A DNA stretch of 64,000 nucleotides, from the NCBI RefSeq assembly GCF_006345805.1, contig NC_043018.1, positions 13,330,001-13,394,000 on the forward strand. Reading direction: 5' to 3'. Every line of letters begins with the position of its first letter. Within the stretch, counting starts at the first letter, position 1. The notes under the pieces are model-generated. The model did not search any database, was not told the DNA's origin, and saw only the letters and a program-made list of their open reading frames with translations. Source of the stretch: Octopus sinensis. Its lineage: Eukaryota. Shown here piece by piece: positions 27,166-38,974 of this stretch. The position numbers were made by a program, and so were the translations under genes.

Positions 27166-27493
27166 ATTATTATTATTATTATTGATAATAATAATAATGA
27201 TGATAATGATAATGATGATAATGATGATAATGATGATAATGATGATAATGATAATAATGATGATAATGATGATGATGATAATGATAATGATAATGATAAT
27301 AATGATGATAATGATGATGATGATAATGATAATGATAATGATGATAATGATGATAATGATAATAATGATGATAATGATGATGATGATAATGATAATGATA
27401 ATGATGATAATGATGATAATGATAATAATGATGATAATGATGATGATGATAATGATAATGATGATAATGATGATAATGATGATGATGATGATA

Positions 27494-27532
<39 letters not shown>

Positions 27533-27533
27533 A
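27166..27533. repeat. (ATT)n followed by a long (GAT/AAT)n trinucleotide tract
   Basis: Seen directly. Produces the spurious poly-D/N, poly-H and poly-I ORFs. Confidence 0.95.
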
Positions 27534-28711
27534 AAACAAACATAATTTTTTTTTATAGACATTCACTAGTACAACACTAAATACAAAACCAAATAAATGG
27601 CACCCTAGGCATAACAACAACATGAACTTCCAACATGTTGTCTCTTGAGGTCTCTGGGTGAGACTTGGAGCCAACTTGTACAAATGTAAAGCAAAAGTCA
27701 AACATAGAATAATAATGATGATGATGATGATGATAATAATATTAAAGCGGCGAGCTGGCAGAATCGTTTGCAAGCCGGGCGAAATGCTTAGCGGTATTTC
27801 GCCTGCAGCTACGTCCTGAGGTCAAATTCCGTCGAGGTCGACTTTGCCTTTTATCCTTTCGGGGTCGATAAAAAAATTAGTACCAGTTACGTACTGGAGT
27901 CGATGTAATCGACTTAATCCCTTCCCCCAAAATTTGAGGCCTTGTGCTCACAGTAGAAAGGATTTATGAAAGTTGAAAAAGTGAGACACACTGACATTCC
28001 CATTTATTATGTGAGACATTTTTAATTTTGGGGAAACTTTATTTCAATTAAAGTCTATTTTATATGTGTGTGTGTATTAAAGAAAGCAAAAAATAAAACA
28101 AAAATGATAGTGTTCAGTATGTTGGCCACAGGAATTTCTGTCAAAGCGACATGGTTTAACAAAGTTGTATATCATTCCCTTCTTTCTCTCTCATTATTAC
28201 TCCCACTGCCACCATCAACACTACTACTTTTAATAAAACATCAGCAACTCTCCCTAAATGTCTTTGTCTCTCTTTCCCTCTCTCTCTTTTTCTTTCTTTC
28301 TCTCTGTCTTCGCCACTGCCCTCACCGTCTCTATGCCTACTATTACTCTCACCCCATCATGTGGAATAGTAGAAGTGTCACTGAATAGTGAGAGGGGAGG
28401 AGTCAAAGTGTGACACACTGACACACAGAAATTAGTTTTCGCATTTATTGTATTGGATATATACACGACGAGTTTCTCTCGGTTTCCGCCTACCATATCC
28501 ATTTGTTTTGGCCCGGGGCCTTAGTAGAAGACACCTAAGGTGCCACGCAGTGGGACTGAACCTGAAACAGCTACACCTGCACCTATACGATACTTTCATT
28601 ATCACCTGGATTCTATATGAAATTCTAAAGTTGTTAATGCTTTCAAGGACTTGTGTAGGAATGGTAGCAAAATAACGGCAGCATTACAAAAGTACGATTG
28701 GGTTAGTATAC

Positions 28712-29456
28712 CTGTAGAAGCGAAGCGATTGCTTTCTGCTGTTTCTGCCACTGGCTGTTGTTCTTCTGGTTGTGGTTGTTGTTGTTGCATTGGTTGTTGT
28801 AGTATTGGTTGTTGTTCTATTGGTTGTTGTTTGCCGAGTTCCTGAGTTTCTGATCTGTTCTCGTCCTCTTTTTCCTCGTTTGTAGCATTATCGATCTTTA
28901 TCAAGGGGACTGTTTGCTCTGAATCGATTTTCCTTGATGTTTTAGGTTTTATAATGTTATCCAGCTTTTCTAATATCGTCGCGAGAAGTGTTAGCTCTTT
29001 GTTGGATTTCTCTTTCAGAAAACACAGACAGCGGCAAAGATATCCACACGAAAAGGAGTATTCTGATTCTTTTTCATTTCCCGCAGAAGAATTTGACATT
29101 AAAACATTCTTGATTTGACTACTAAAGCCCAATTTCTTTCCCTTGACAGGAGCGGGTTTACTTTTAGCTGAATTGTCTCGTGTTCCCCAGGTAATATTGT
29201 GAAGATTTCCCAGAGCATAAACCATCAACAGAATAGATGTGGATGGCACAAAAAGAAAGTAAAGAAGACCGTGGAGAACACAACTGAATTCTTGTGGATG
29301 AGCGAGTGCAGACGTCAGGAATGTGCCGGCAACGAATATGAACAAAAAAGCGGTCGTCGAACAGAACTTGTACTCAAATATTTCTCTCATCAAACCAACG
29401 AACACAAGCATCATTGCTATAGTGTAGAAGAGCGTTATGATGGAGGCGAACTTCAG
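28712..29456 (-). CDS. CHS: Chitin synthase exon with WGTR motif and Q-rich stretch
   Basis: ttttcag|CTG acceptor and G|gtatac donor. Translates LKFASIITLFY...LAHPQEFSC...NLHNITWGTRD...QQPIEQQPILQQPMQQQQPQPEEQQP. Confidence 0.93.
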
Positions 29457-29502
29457 CTGAAAAACAAAAACACAATGTAGACTATATACATGTATGTGTG
29501 TA

Positions 29503-29568
<66 letters not shown>

Positions 29569-29650
29569 TGTGTACACACACATCTTCGGCTGAAATATCT
29601 TACTCAGGTTGGAATAAATGAAGTTTTATTATGTCTTATGAATAAATATA

Positions 29651-29787
29651 AGGTTGTCCCAAAAGTTCGTAGAAAGTCTTGGAAAATAACGGTCTTTATT
29701 TTGAGGAATAATTTTTGTTGTTTTTGTTAGTACTTGGCGAGTAAAAATTCAATTTTCGCATGTGTTTACGAACTTTTGGGACAACCT
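29651..29787. mobile_element. Mariner-type MITE
   Basis: Perfect 21-bp TIR: AGGTTGTCCCAAAAGTTCGTA (29651-29671) and TACGAACTTTTGGGACAACCT (29767-29787), with TA-rich flanks. Confidence 0.8.
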
Positions 29788-30201
29788 AATAAATATATGG
29801 AGTCATACCTATATGTAATTAATCCAAATATGAAATTAAATCCCCGAGGGCCTTTTCGGCGACCTCTCCTCATCAGGATCGAACGAATCGGTTTCGCTGT
29901 TTTTACAGCTCATTAGAACTTGCTAACCGTTCCTTCTCGAGATGCTGAGATAAAGTTGCAGAAAGCTTATTAACAATGTAAAGAAAATTGAACCAGGTCC
30001 ATTTTACATGCATAACGATACAATGTATCTGTGTGTGTGTGTGTGTGTGTGTATCGGGGCCCTCCTCCATTCATGGAGAATCTATTTAACACACAGACGG
30101 GACCCTGACAAGTTCTACCGTTCCGAATCAGAACGGAGCTGGGAGTAATGTTAAGTAAGTTGTGAATTCATATTTCTCACACTTCAAAACTCACAGACTG
30201 A

Positions 30202-30394
30202 AGCCTCGCGACCGGATGCAGTTTAATGTATGTCAATGTCGGTGTACATGCAAGGATGAAATAAAACAAATCAGGAGGAGGAGGAGGATCGCTACATCTT
30301 TTCAGGTCTTACACTCAACCTGATTTGATTTATTTCATCCTTGCATGTACATACCGACATTGACATACATTAAACTGCATCCAGTAGCGAGGCT
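30202..30394. repeat. Near-perfect 75-bp inverted repeat with 43-nt loop
   Basis: Arms at 30202-30275 and 30319-30394 with few mismatches and a 2-nt indel. Confidence 0.9.
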
Positions 30395-31358
30395 CCACAT
30401 CAATTCATACATACCAGTTAGTATATCAACACAAAACCCGGGCGAAAAATATTTCCAAATGCAGATATAAGCTGTAAAAGCAGAAATATGATCTGCTACA
30501 TCAAATGCTCAGTTGTGAAGAGATACATGTTGGCCGGATGGGAAACGCATTGATGCACACACGAGTATACCAGCAACAAATTCGGGACAAAACCTCCGTC
30601 AGATCCCATTAGGCAATCATTTAGAAAGATGTCAGAAAATATTTTTTTAAATATTCCCTCTATATAAACTTTATGATTCAAACGAAGTTAAAAGAAGAGT
30701 GAGAGAAGAGAATTTTATTGAGAAGCTTGAATAAATTGGTGTTGCAGTGGGAGAAGGAGCAGATGAAAGATGCAGGTTGGGTATTGTAAGAGATAAAAGT
30801 GCTAAGGGACGAGAAGGTCATGGAGCTTGTGGTAGCATCTGAAGAAAGATGAAGTCCAATCTGACTTTATCCTTTCTTCCTACATCAGGAAGTAGCAGGG
30901 TTAAACTGGAGGCGACAGAAGTGCTGTGGGATGTTTCAGCGAAGAGGTAAGGTGATAGAATGATAGGCGAGAGGAAAGAAAGGTACATGTGGAGGAACGG
31001 ATACCAAGGGTGAAGGTAAAGGTCCGGTCAGCAGCACGGGCGGCACGGCGGGTAACTTCAGTTACTGGTTGGTGGGATTTACATTACTGTGCCAAAGAGT
31101 GCTGAGTGCTGAGCACTTCACTGACACTTGTGTCGTTAATGTAACCCTCAGGCAAAATCAGTGGGAAAAATATGTGCCACAAATCTGATGTGTTGAATCA
31201 TACGATGGGAGTGAATAGGATGCGATTCAATGTAAGACTGTTTCTATGTTCGATCAGTTTCACTTAGTTACTCTCCACGTTCGTTAGTGTGTTTGAAATT
31301 AGTATTATTAAAGGAATCACGAAGTAATAGAAACACTACAGTCTACCACCATACTACT

Positions 31359-32159
31359 GGAGAAGAAGACGAAGAAGACAAAGAAGAAGAGGAAGAGGAA
31401 GAGGAAGAGGAGGAGGAAGAAGAGGAAGAAGAAGAAAAAGAAGAAGAAGAGGAAGATGAAGAAGAGGAAGATGAAGAAGAGGAAGAGGAAGAGGAAGAAG
31501 AAGACGAAGAAGAGGAAGAGGAAGAAGAGGAAGATGAAGAAGAGGAAGAGGAAGAAGAAGAAGATAAAGAAGAAGAGGAGGAGGAAGATAAAGAAGAAGA
31601 GGAAGAGGAAGATAAAGAAGAAGAGGAAGAAGAAGAGGAAGAGGAAGAAGAAGATAAAGAAGAAGAGGAAGAGGAAGATAAAGAAGAAGACGAAGAAGAG
31701 GAAGAGGAAGAAGAAAAAGAAGAAGAGGAGGAGGAAGAAGAAAAAGAAGAAGAGGAGGAGGAAGAAGAAGAGGAAGAGGAAGAGGAAGAGGAAGATAAAG
31801 AAGAAGAGGAAGAGGAAGAGGAAGAAGATAAAGAAGAAGAGGAAGAGGAAGAAGAAGAAGAAGAAGATAAAGAAGAAGAGGAGGGGGAAGAAGAAGATAA
31901 AGAAGAAGATAAAGAAGAAGAGGAGGGGGAAGAAGAAGATAAAGAAGAAGATAAAGAAGAAGAGGAGGGGGAAGAAGAAGATAAAGAAGAAGAGGAGGGG
32001 GAAGAAGAAGATAAAGAAGAAGATAAAGAAGAAGAGGAGGGGGAAGAAGAAGATAAAGAAGAAGAGGAAGAGGAAGAGGAAGAAGAAGAAGATAAAGAAG
32101 AAGACGAAGAAGAAGAAGAAGAAGAAGAAGAAGAAGAAGATAAAGAAGAAGAAGAAGAA
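31359..32159. repeat. 800-bp purine-rich (GAA/GAG/GAT/AAA) tract
   Basis: Seen directly. Has higher-order units such as GAAGAAGAGGAGGGGGAAGAAGAAGATAAA and produces the spurious poly-E/K/F ORFs. Confidence 0.95.
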
Positions 32160-32211
32160 TGAAAAAATCAGAAATTCAATAACGTAATAAAGTGAATAAA
32201 GTAATACATAC

Positions 32212-32609
32212 TTGCGTATCTTCTGGCGTGACAAAGCACAAGAACAGCATGATTACGACTGGGACGAGGTTAATAAAGAGAGAAGCTGTCAATGAAATGG
32301 ACGGGAAAGCCGCAGACAAAGCGCCGACCACGAGGAGGAAAATAGTCGCCGGCGTTATGATGGAGACGGCCATTAAACCCGTCTGGTAGACGATGTACGG
32401 CAAAGATATGCTACTGTTTACTTCTCGTACATGCCGCCAGTCCACCAGAAGTTCTATTATGTTTGCCATGGTAGACGGAGCCCATCGCCTTCGCTGCTTG
32501 AAGAATTCGTTAAAATTTTCAGGACAATAGGTCAAGGCATCGGACGCTGCGCAGTATTCGACCCGGGACCCTTCTTGTAGCAGAAGCGTACACAGCCATC
32601 GGTCTTCAC
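32212..32609 (-). CDS. CHS: Chitin synthase exon with GEDRW and QRRRW catalytic motifs
   Basis: gttcag|GT acceptor and CAA|gtatgt donor. Translates GEDRWLCTLLLQEG...FFKQRRRWAPSTMANI...FVTPEDTQ. Confidence 0.97.
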
Positions 32610-32782
32610 CTGAACGAACAAATAGATTTGTAATTAACAAACGAGAGCTAACAACGTATTCAGTGCTGTGAAACCCTACCCGAGACCCCGAAAAGGGTTT
32701 TAATCAATTGAAATTACATCCGCAATGAAAAGAAAAAAAAAACCCCACGAGATTTAATGAAAAGTCTTAAAAAAAAAAAGCA

Positions 32783-32863
<81 letters not shown>

Positions 32864-33048
32864 TCCAAAATGCAAATTCATTAACAATTGAATGGAAACA
32901 TACAATGAGGAGTTAATCTGATCTTTGATATAAATACGATAACAACTTCGGGCTGGTTTCGTTTTAATGTGACCTCGTCTGTGAAGCACAGTTTAACATG
33001 CACTTATCAATTTCAACATTTTTTTGAACTGGGTTGGAATAGAATATA

Positions 33049-33560
33049 CCGTAAATCCTCGAGTATAATCCGAATTTTTCCCCCAAAATTTAAAGGTCAA
33101 AATCCCTAGTGCTTATTATACACGAAGTTAAAAATGAAAATTATTTTCTAAGCAATGTCCGAGTCTCTATTTGCTGTCCGGCAATGTTTATTCAGACGCA
33201 TTTTGTGATGTCAGGCGCGAAAATACCTTAAGCTAAGCCTGAAAGCAATGAAGTCATAAAAGAATCATCCATAACTTGCAATAAGCAACATTTATTAAAC
33301 GTTATTACTGTTATTTCTTTATCTTCTGCAAACAAAATGCACAAAAAAGCTACACGTTTGCATTATGTTATATAACCCAAAATAATAAAGGATGTTACCG
33401 TATACATTTTTACAAACCAAGGACATTATATAGACCTCCTTGACTCAAGTTAGAGAAGGAGTGTGTATTATACACAAGGTTTAGGTTTTTCAGAGGTACA
33501 GCCCCCTAAAAATCCCCTGCGTATTATACTCAAGGGCGGACTATACTCGAGGATTTACGG
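33049..33560. mobile_element. pogo/Tigger-like MITE
   Basis: 24-bp TIR CCGTAAATCCTCGAGTATA(A/G)TCCG with one mismatch, and TA TSD at 33047-33048 and 33561-33562. Confidence 0.88.
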
Positions 33561-33793
33561 TAGTCAAATAAAACGTCTATATTCAGTACTTGACCTTATT
33601 ATGTCATTTTCCATGGAAAGGGTGCGTTCCATAGGTCAATCATTTCTTCAGCTAATACCAATATTTGTGGTCGCCTTTTTCGGGTAACTCTTTCTCCAGA
33701 TTGTCTCCTTCACGGAGTTACAGTTCTATTATCAAGTGCAGGCCACGATTTAGAAAACAATTCTCTACCAGCAGGAAAATGTGCTTGCCACAA

Positions 33794-33825
<32 letters not shown>

Positions 33826-33969
33826 GTGTGTGTGAGTGTGTGTGTGTGAGTGTGTGTGTGTATGTGTATGTGTGTGTGTATGTGTGAGTGTGAGTGTGTG
33901 TGTGTGTGTGTGTGAGTGTGTGTGTGTGTGCGTGCGTGCGTGCGTGTGTGTGTGTGTGTGCATAATTAC

Positions 33970-34170
33970 CTTGGTCGTACTGTACATGGTGTTTGGCTTC
34001 AGTTGGCATTGTGGTGTATCGCCTCAGAACGTTTGGCTTGATTAGTGCTGATCCTCGGAAAAGGCTAAAGCATCCGGGACTGCAAAGAACACATCCGGTC
34101 ATGTGTTCAGCGGATTTCTGTAACCAATGACTGACTGCATATTCAAATTTCTGGTACCATACCATTGGAC
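33970..34170 (-). CDS. CHS: Chitin synthase catalytic-domain exon
   Basis: ttccag|GT acceptor and G|gtaatt donor. Translates GPMVWYQKFEYAVSHWLQKSAEHMTGCVLCSPGCFSLFRGSAL...HHVQYDQ. Confidence 0.96.
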
Positions 34171-35049
34171 CTGGAAACAAATATATGTTTATATATATAT
34201 AGAGAGAGAAAATATGAGGGGTTTAGTTCATTGGTGATCTCGACGAATAAATACATTGTGTAAGTGCTACAATTGGACATCCGTTATGTTCCAAGTTCAC
34301 AGCTAAGGCTGGAGCTAGGGGTCCATAGTAGGCTTCCGAGTTAGCAGGTACACGAAGCCCAGTTACAACTACAGCCGGCTATTACCAGTAAAGGCTTTAG
34401 TTGCCAATTCTGTACAAGACATTGTAGATCTTTAGCTGGGTTAAAAAGTCACATTCGATCACAGCACCAATAACAGTTAAGCTTCGTGCAATGGCCATAC
34501 TCGATAACGAGGAGGGAAGCCATAAATAAATAAATAAATAAATAAATATATATATATATATACACAGTGTGGCGCAAAAGTCGCGCACCGGTAAAATAAC
34601 ACTTTGCTATAACATCTTTATATTTGATAATTTTTTGTAATTAAATGTGATTAATGCCAGTAAAATGATAATTTTTAATTTTGGAACCATGTTATAAAAT
34701 TTTTAAATGTTAATTTCGCCAATCGATAGATTGACACACGAGGTCCCGTGTCTTGGCCTTCGAAGTTCTCACGAGTGAAAATTCTGTAAAATAATAGTAT
34801 TAATAAGCTTTAGGCTTATAAGCGTTCACCATATTTTCGTTATAGAAAATAGTCTAATATTGGGGATTTATAAACACTGGACGAAAAAAAGAAAAGGGTA
34901 CAAATACCACTTTTATCCTTCGTCATTCAAAATAACCTCAGATTTAGCAGGAAGGAAGCTTCCCCTCAGTGGGTGGGTGGCGGAATTTGTAATACCAGTA
35001 AACGGAGGTTATTTTGAATGACGAATGATAAAAGGAGTATTTGTACGCA

Positions 35050-35356
35050 AATCGACCCCAGGACTTATTCTTTGTAAGCCTAGTACTTATTCTGTCGGTC
35101 TCTTTTGCCGAACCGCTAAGTTACGGAGACGTAAACACACCACCATCGGTTGTCGAGTGATGTTGGTGGGACAAACACAGACACACACACATACATATAT
35201 ATACATATATACGACGAGCTTCTTTCAGTTTCCGTCTACCAAATCCACTCACAAAGCTTTGGTCTGACCGAAGCTATAGTAGAAGGTGCCACGCAGTGGG
35301 ACTGAGCCCGGAACCATGTGGTTGGTAAGCAAGCTACTTACCACTCAGCCACTCCT
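35050..35356 (-). mobile_element. tRNA-derived SINE, family 1
   Basis: Same family as 60975-61450. Other copies at about 4818-5120 (+), 7700-7980 (-), 8230-8582 (-), 39040-39310 (+), 55690-56075 (-) and 61608-61980 (+). Confidence 0.8.
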
Positions 35357-35533
35357 TCTCTTTACATATATGCAAGTGCCTTTGGTTTTACAAATGGGGA
35401 CGAGAGAAATGAACACGTATTGCACGTTACGTGTAATTCTTATCGTTATTCCTGAGAATTCTATAAAAGTTATTAAAGAGCCAACAACTGACAAGCGATT
35501 TAGTAGAAAAGTTTAGGCCAATAATATATACAC

Positions 35534-35570
<37 letters not shown>

Positions 35571-35636
35571 CGTGTTTGTTCGTGTGTATATGTATGTATG
35601 TATGTATAAACTCCTTCGCTCTAATAAACGACTTGC

Positions 35637-35847
35637 CATTTCCAATGGGATGTATTCTTCCACAAGCTGCCCCGACCACAGGGTTTCTCTTCATTCTGTC
35701 CAATAAAAGTAGAACAGACGACGGTTCGAAGTCTACATCTCCGTCTAAAGCCAGCAAAAATGTATTTTCGGAACGTCTGACTTTTTGACGTAACTTGATA
35801 TCAACGGATGCAATCTGGTGGCCCAAGATGTAGTACATGTACATAAC
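35637..35847 (-). CDS. CHS: Chitin synthase catalytic-domain exon ending in a GC donor
   Basis: ttttaag|GTT acceptor. Translates VMYMYYILGHQ...FLLALDGDVDFEP...VGAACGRIHPIGN. The phase-1 end requires the donor AATG|gcaagt at 35636. Confidence 0.9.
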
Positions 35848-36488
35848 CTTAAAAGAGAAGAAACAAAAAAAGGTAATAAGGACAGATATCTATGACTGCA
35901 GAATAACAAGATAAATACGATTCAATGAGGTCGATTTACGTATTGACCTCTAATTACTGGTATACCAACGTTGTGGGCTTTAAATAAACATACAGACATA
36001 TATTCACACACATTTAGTGTTATCTTGAAATTTGGTCCCCGAGTCTCCCTTCGGCAGAAAACGATGTGGACGAAACCGATCGATTCAAGATTTACTCTTC
36101 TTTCTCAGCTTTAAATGTTTATTCAACGAGTTCAGTAATAATGGTAAGATTTGGAAATACTTGCAAACCATAGAATTATTCTAAATTCTCATGACAGCCC
36201 GATGATCGGTTAGAGGAAGCTCTGAGCTTGGGAAATTTTCTCAGCTCCAATAAAACACACACACACACACACACACAGAGACACACACACACACACACAC
36301 ACACAGACACACACACACACACATATATATATACGACGGGCTTCTTTCAGTTTCTGCTTACCAAATCCACTCACGAGGATATAGTAGAAGGCACTGTGTC
36401 TTTACTAAGATGTAATTACCAGATCGTATTAAGTAATTTGTCATTAGCTAGATTCCCTGACAAAAAAATAATAAATAAACGCTCTCAC

Positions 36489-36639
36489 CTGGCTCCACCG
36501 CTTCCTGTGCCTTATTCTATTTTTGTCTTTTAGGTGGGCGACCAGATTGTTTCCACCAGGAAGGATCCATTCCAAGCGGTCTCCATACGGCGTACTACAT
36601 ATCGTCGGTTTCTCGATAAAGACGTCTGTGTGGATTGCG
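36489..36639 (-). CDS. CHS: Chitin synthase exon, absent from ORF track
   Basis: cttcaag|C acceptor and CAG|gtgaga donor. Translates AIHTDVFIEKPTICSTPYGDRLEWILPGGNNLVAHLKDKNRIRHRKRWSQ. Confidence 0.95.
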
Positions 36640-37219
36640 CTTGAAGAGACAGAAATATAACCTCAACAATTTAAAGAAATCAGTCAATAATGTAGTCAAC
36701 AACAGCAAAAAGAAGCAATTATTGAAAATGCAAAATTTTTTATTCTACTTGGTATTCAATCGTCATATTGTTTGAAAAGAGGTATATTTTATTCAAATTT
36801 CCAAAACGATAAACAAAAGTTGTAGAGGAAGAATAGACACTACAGATATGTGACTACCAAATTCAATTGAAACCGTAGATCCGACCGTGGGGGTTGGTTC
36901 CAGGTGTGGTGTAAGTATAAGAAGTGTACACAAATGGGATTTAAAATTCACGACAACCGTTTCGGTAGAATTCTATTGATGTACCTATGGATTATATCAT
37001 AACATAGAATACACCGTCTGCAGGCAAAATTTTAAACAGGTAAGATATCAAACAGGTGAAATAATACATCCATCGTGATGAATCCAACAAAAGTTGTGGG
37101 ACAAGTGGTACTTTGGAAAATAACATTCGAATTTAGAGGGAAATTAGGAGTGGTTTTAACGGGCATGCAAGAAGCAAAGGGATCAAATGACCCTATCATT
37201 TCAAATCATTTATCTAAAT

Positions 37220-37443
37220 TACGAGGGTTGCTGAAACGTTTTTGTCTTTAAGGGCATCACGAAAGGCCTGCTTTGAGGCCCAACTTTCCGAGTTCTTTTA
37301 CAGGGCTTAAAACAAAACTGATGGATCGCTGCGATAAGTGTGTGGATCTGAGAGGGGAATATGGTGAATAAAATCATAATTAACTGATCCGCCTGGATTT
37401 TTTTTTTTTGCACAAAGATAAAAACTTTTTAGCATCTCTTCGT
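37220..37443. mobile_element. Mariner-derived non-autonomous element
   Basis: Left end TACGAGGGTTGCTGAAA with a degenerate right end. Related internal sequence at about 850-1000 and 3607-3730. Confidence 0.55.
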
Positions 37444-37835
37444 GTTTATTGCTAATATTTGGCTTTGAGAAAGTAAGTACCATAGGATTTGATAGGATCA
37501 TTGTAGCATATAAAATTCTCAAGTGAAGCATAATCAAATATACACTTTCATATATTTAGGGATGGTAGGGTTTGTACTGAGTCAGTAACCAATCGAAATC
37601 GTTAGTTTCGTATGCTAAGCAGATTCATTATTAGCAAAAGAAAGGACCCCCCCCCCCCAAAAAAATACCACTGAACATAAAGCTAATAGGTAATCATTTA
37701 CTGTACAAACTATACAGATTCAACACATTCAGTCTTCTAACGAAGAGTGGTTAGAATTTAGTCTCTTATACACAAAGGCTAACATATTACAATAGCTAAA
37801 AGTTAACATCCCATAATTCTTCTCAGTGATGGTCC

Positions 37836-37923
<88 letters not shown>

Positions 37924-38225
37924 TAGCAGTATCACCCGGCGTTGCTCGGTTTTGTAAGGGAAATAACTATATAAGCATCTTTAGAGTTACTTCCCTTATA
38001 TAAAACCGAGTAAAAATGCATTAAAAAAACGAAAAAATGATGGTAAATTTTTTTAAAATCGTAGACTCATCGTAGACGCGCGCTAATACCCACAAGGGCT
38101 CGATATGAATCACGACTATAAGATACCCACTTTTGGTTAAACTGCACCACAAAATGTGGGAGTAGTTAGGAATCTTAATCGGTATGGACAGACTCTCACA
38201 CATACAACTTAAGTTTTATACATAA

Positions 38226-38280
<55 letters not shown>

Positions 38281-38584
38281 CGGCTTACGGCTGCTTCGGG
38301 TGGGTGAGTGGTTCCGTCGATCGTTTGCAGGCTGAGAATATAGAGAACCGCTACCCTATGATATGTTCTTCAGAACCGCAACAAACCACTGCCCATAAAA
38401 AGAAAGCACGGTATTTGGATAGTGTAGAATTATTAGAGAGCTAAGGTCAACCATGGCTAAGACAACAGGGGTAAAAATATATATATATATAGTTAATCCA
38501 AACAAGAAAGCACATAGAAGACAACCCGAGGACGTGGAACAATATAGTATTATTGGACGCTCAGGAAAGAAGGAAAGAAGGAGG

Positions 38585-38619
38585 GTTTAACGTTTCGAGC
38601 GTAGCTCTTCGTCGGAAAC
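38585..38619 (-). ncRNA. Minimal hammerhead-like motif (core variant CCGACGA)
   Basis: Minus strand reads GTTT-CCGACGA-A-GAGC-TAC-GCTC-GAAACGT-T-AAAC. Helices I and II are intact and helix III is the palindrome ACGT. Confidence 0.6.
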
Positions 38620-38667
38620 ATAGGAAAAGGAAAGATCCAGAGAAGGGAAGACAGAGGAAAAAAATCG

Positions 38668-38710
<43 letters not shown>

Positions 38711-38769
38711 CACCTCATAAGAGAAAAAAACCCCATCAAAATTTCTCTTAAATATATTTATTTATATTA

Positions 38770-38920
38770 TATAGAGGGCATTACTATACATACATGCCAC
38801 AAGCTAGAAGGGACTCTTAAAGTAAAAACCTACCAAAATATATAAATACTTGTTTTGGTAGTTTTGACTTTAAGAGTCCCTTCTAGCGTGTGGCATGTAT
38901 GTATAGTAATGCTCTCTATA
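38770..38920. repeat. Near-perfect 68-bp inverted repeat with 14-nt loop
   Basis: Arms at 38770-38838 and 38853-38920, 150 nt from the hammerhead-like motif at 38585. Confidence 0.9.

Positions 38921-38974
<54 letters not shown>

Noticed and set aside
27121-27580. Poly-D/N, poly-H and poly-I ORFs
   Set aside because: Translations of an (RAT)n microsatellite.
31287-32234. Long poly-E, poly-K and poly-F ORFs (243-305 aa)
   Set aside because: Translations of a GAA-type simple repeat inside a CHS intron, with no splice or codon evidence.
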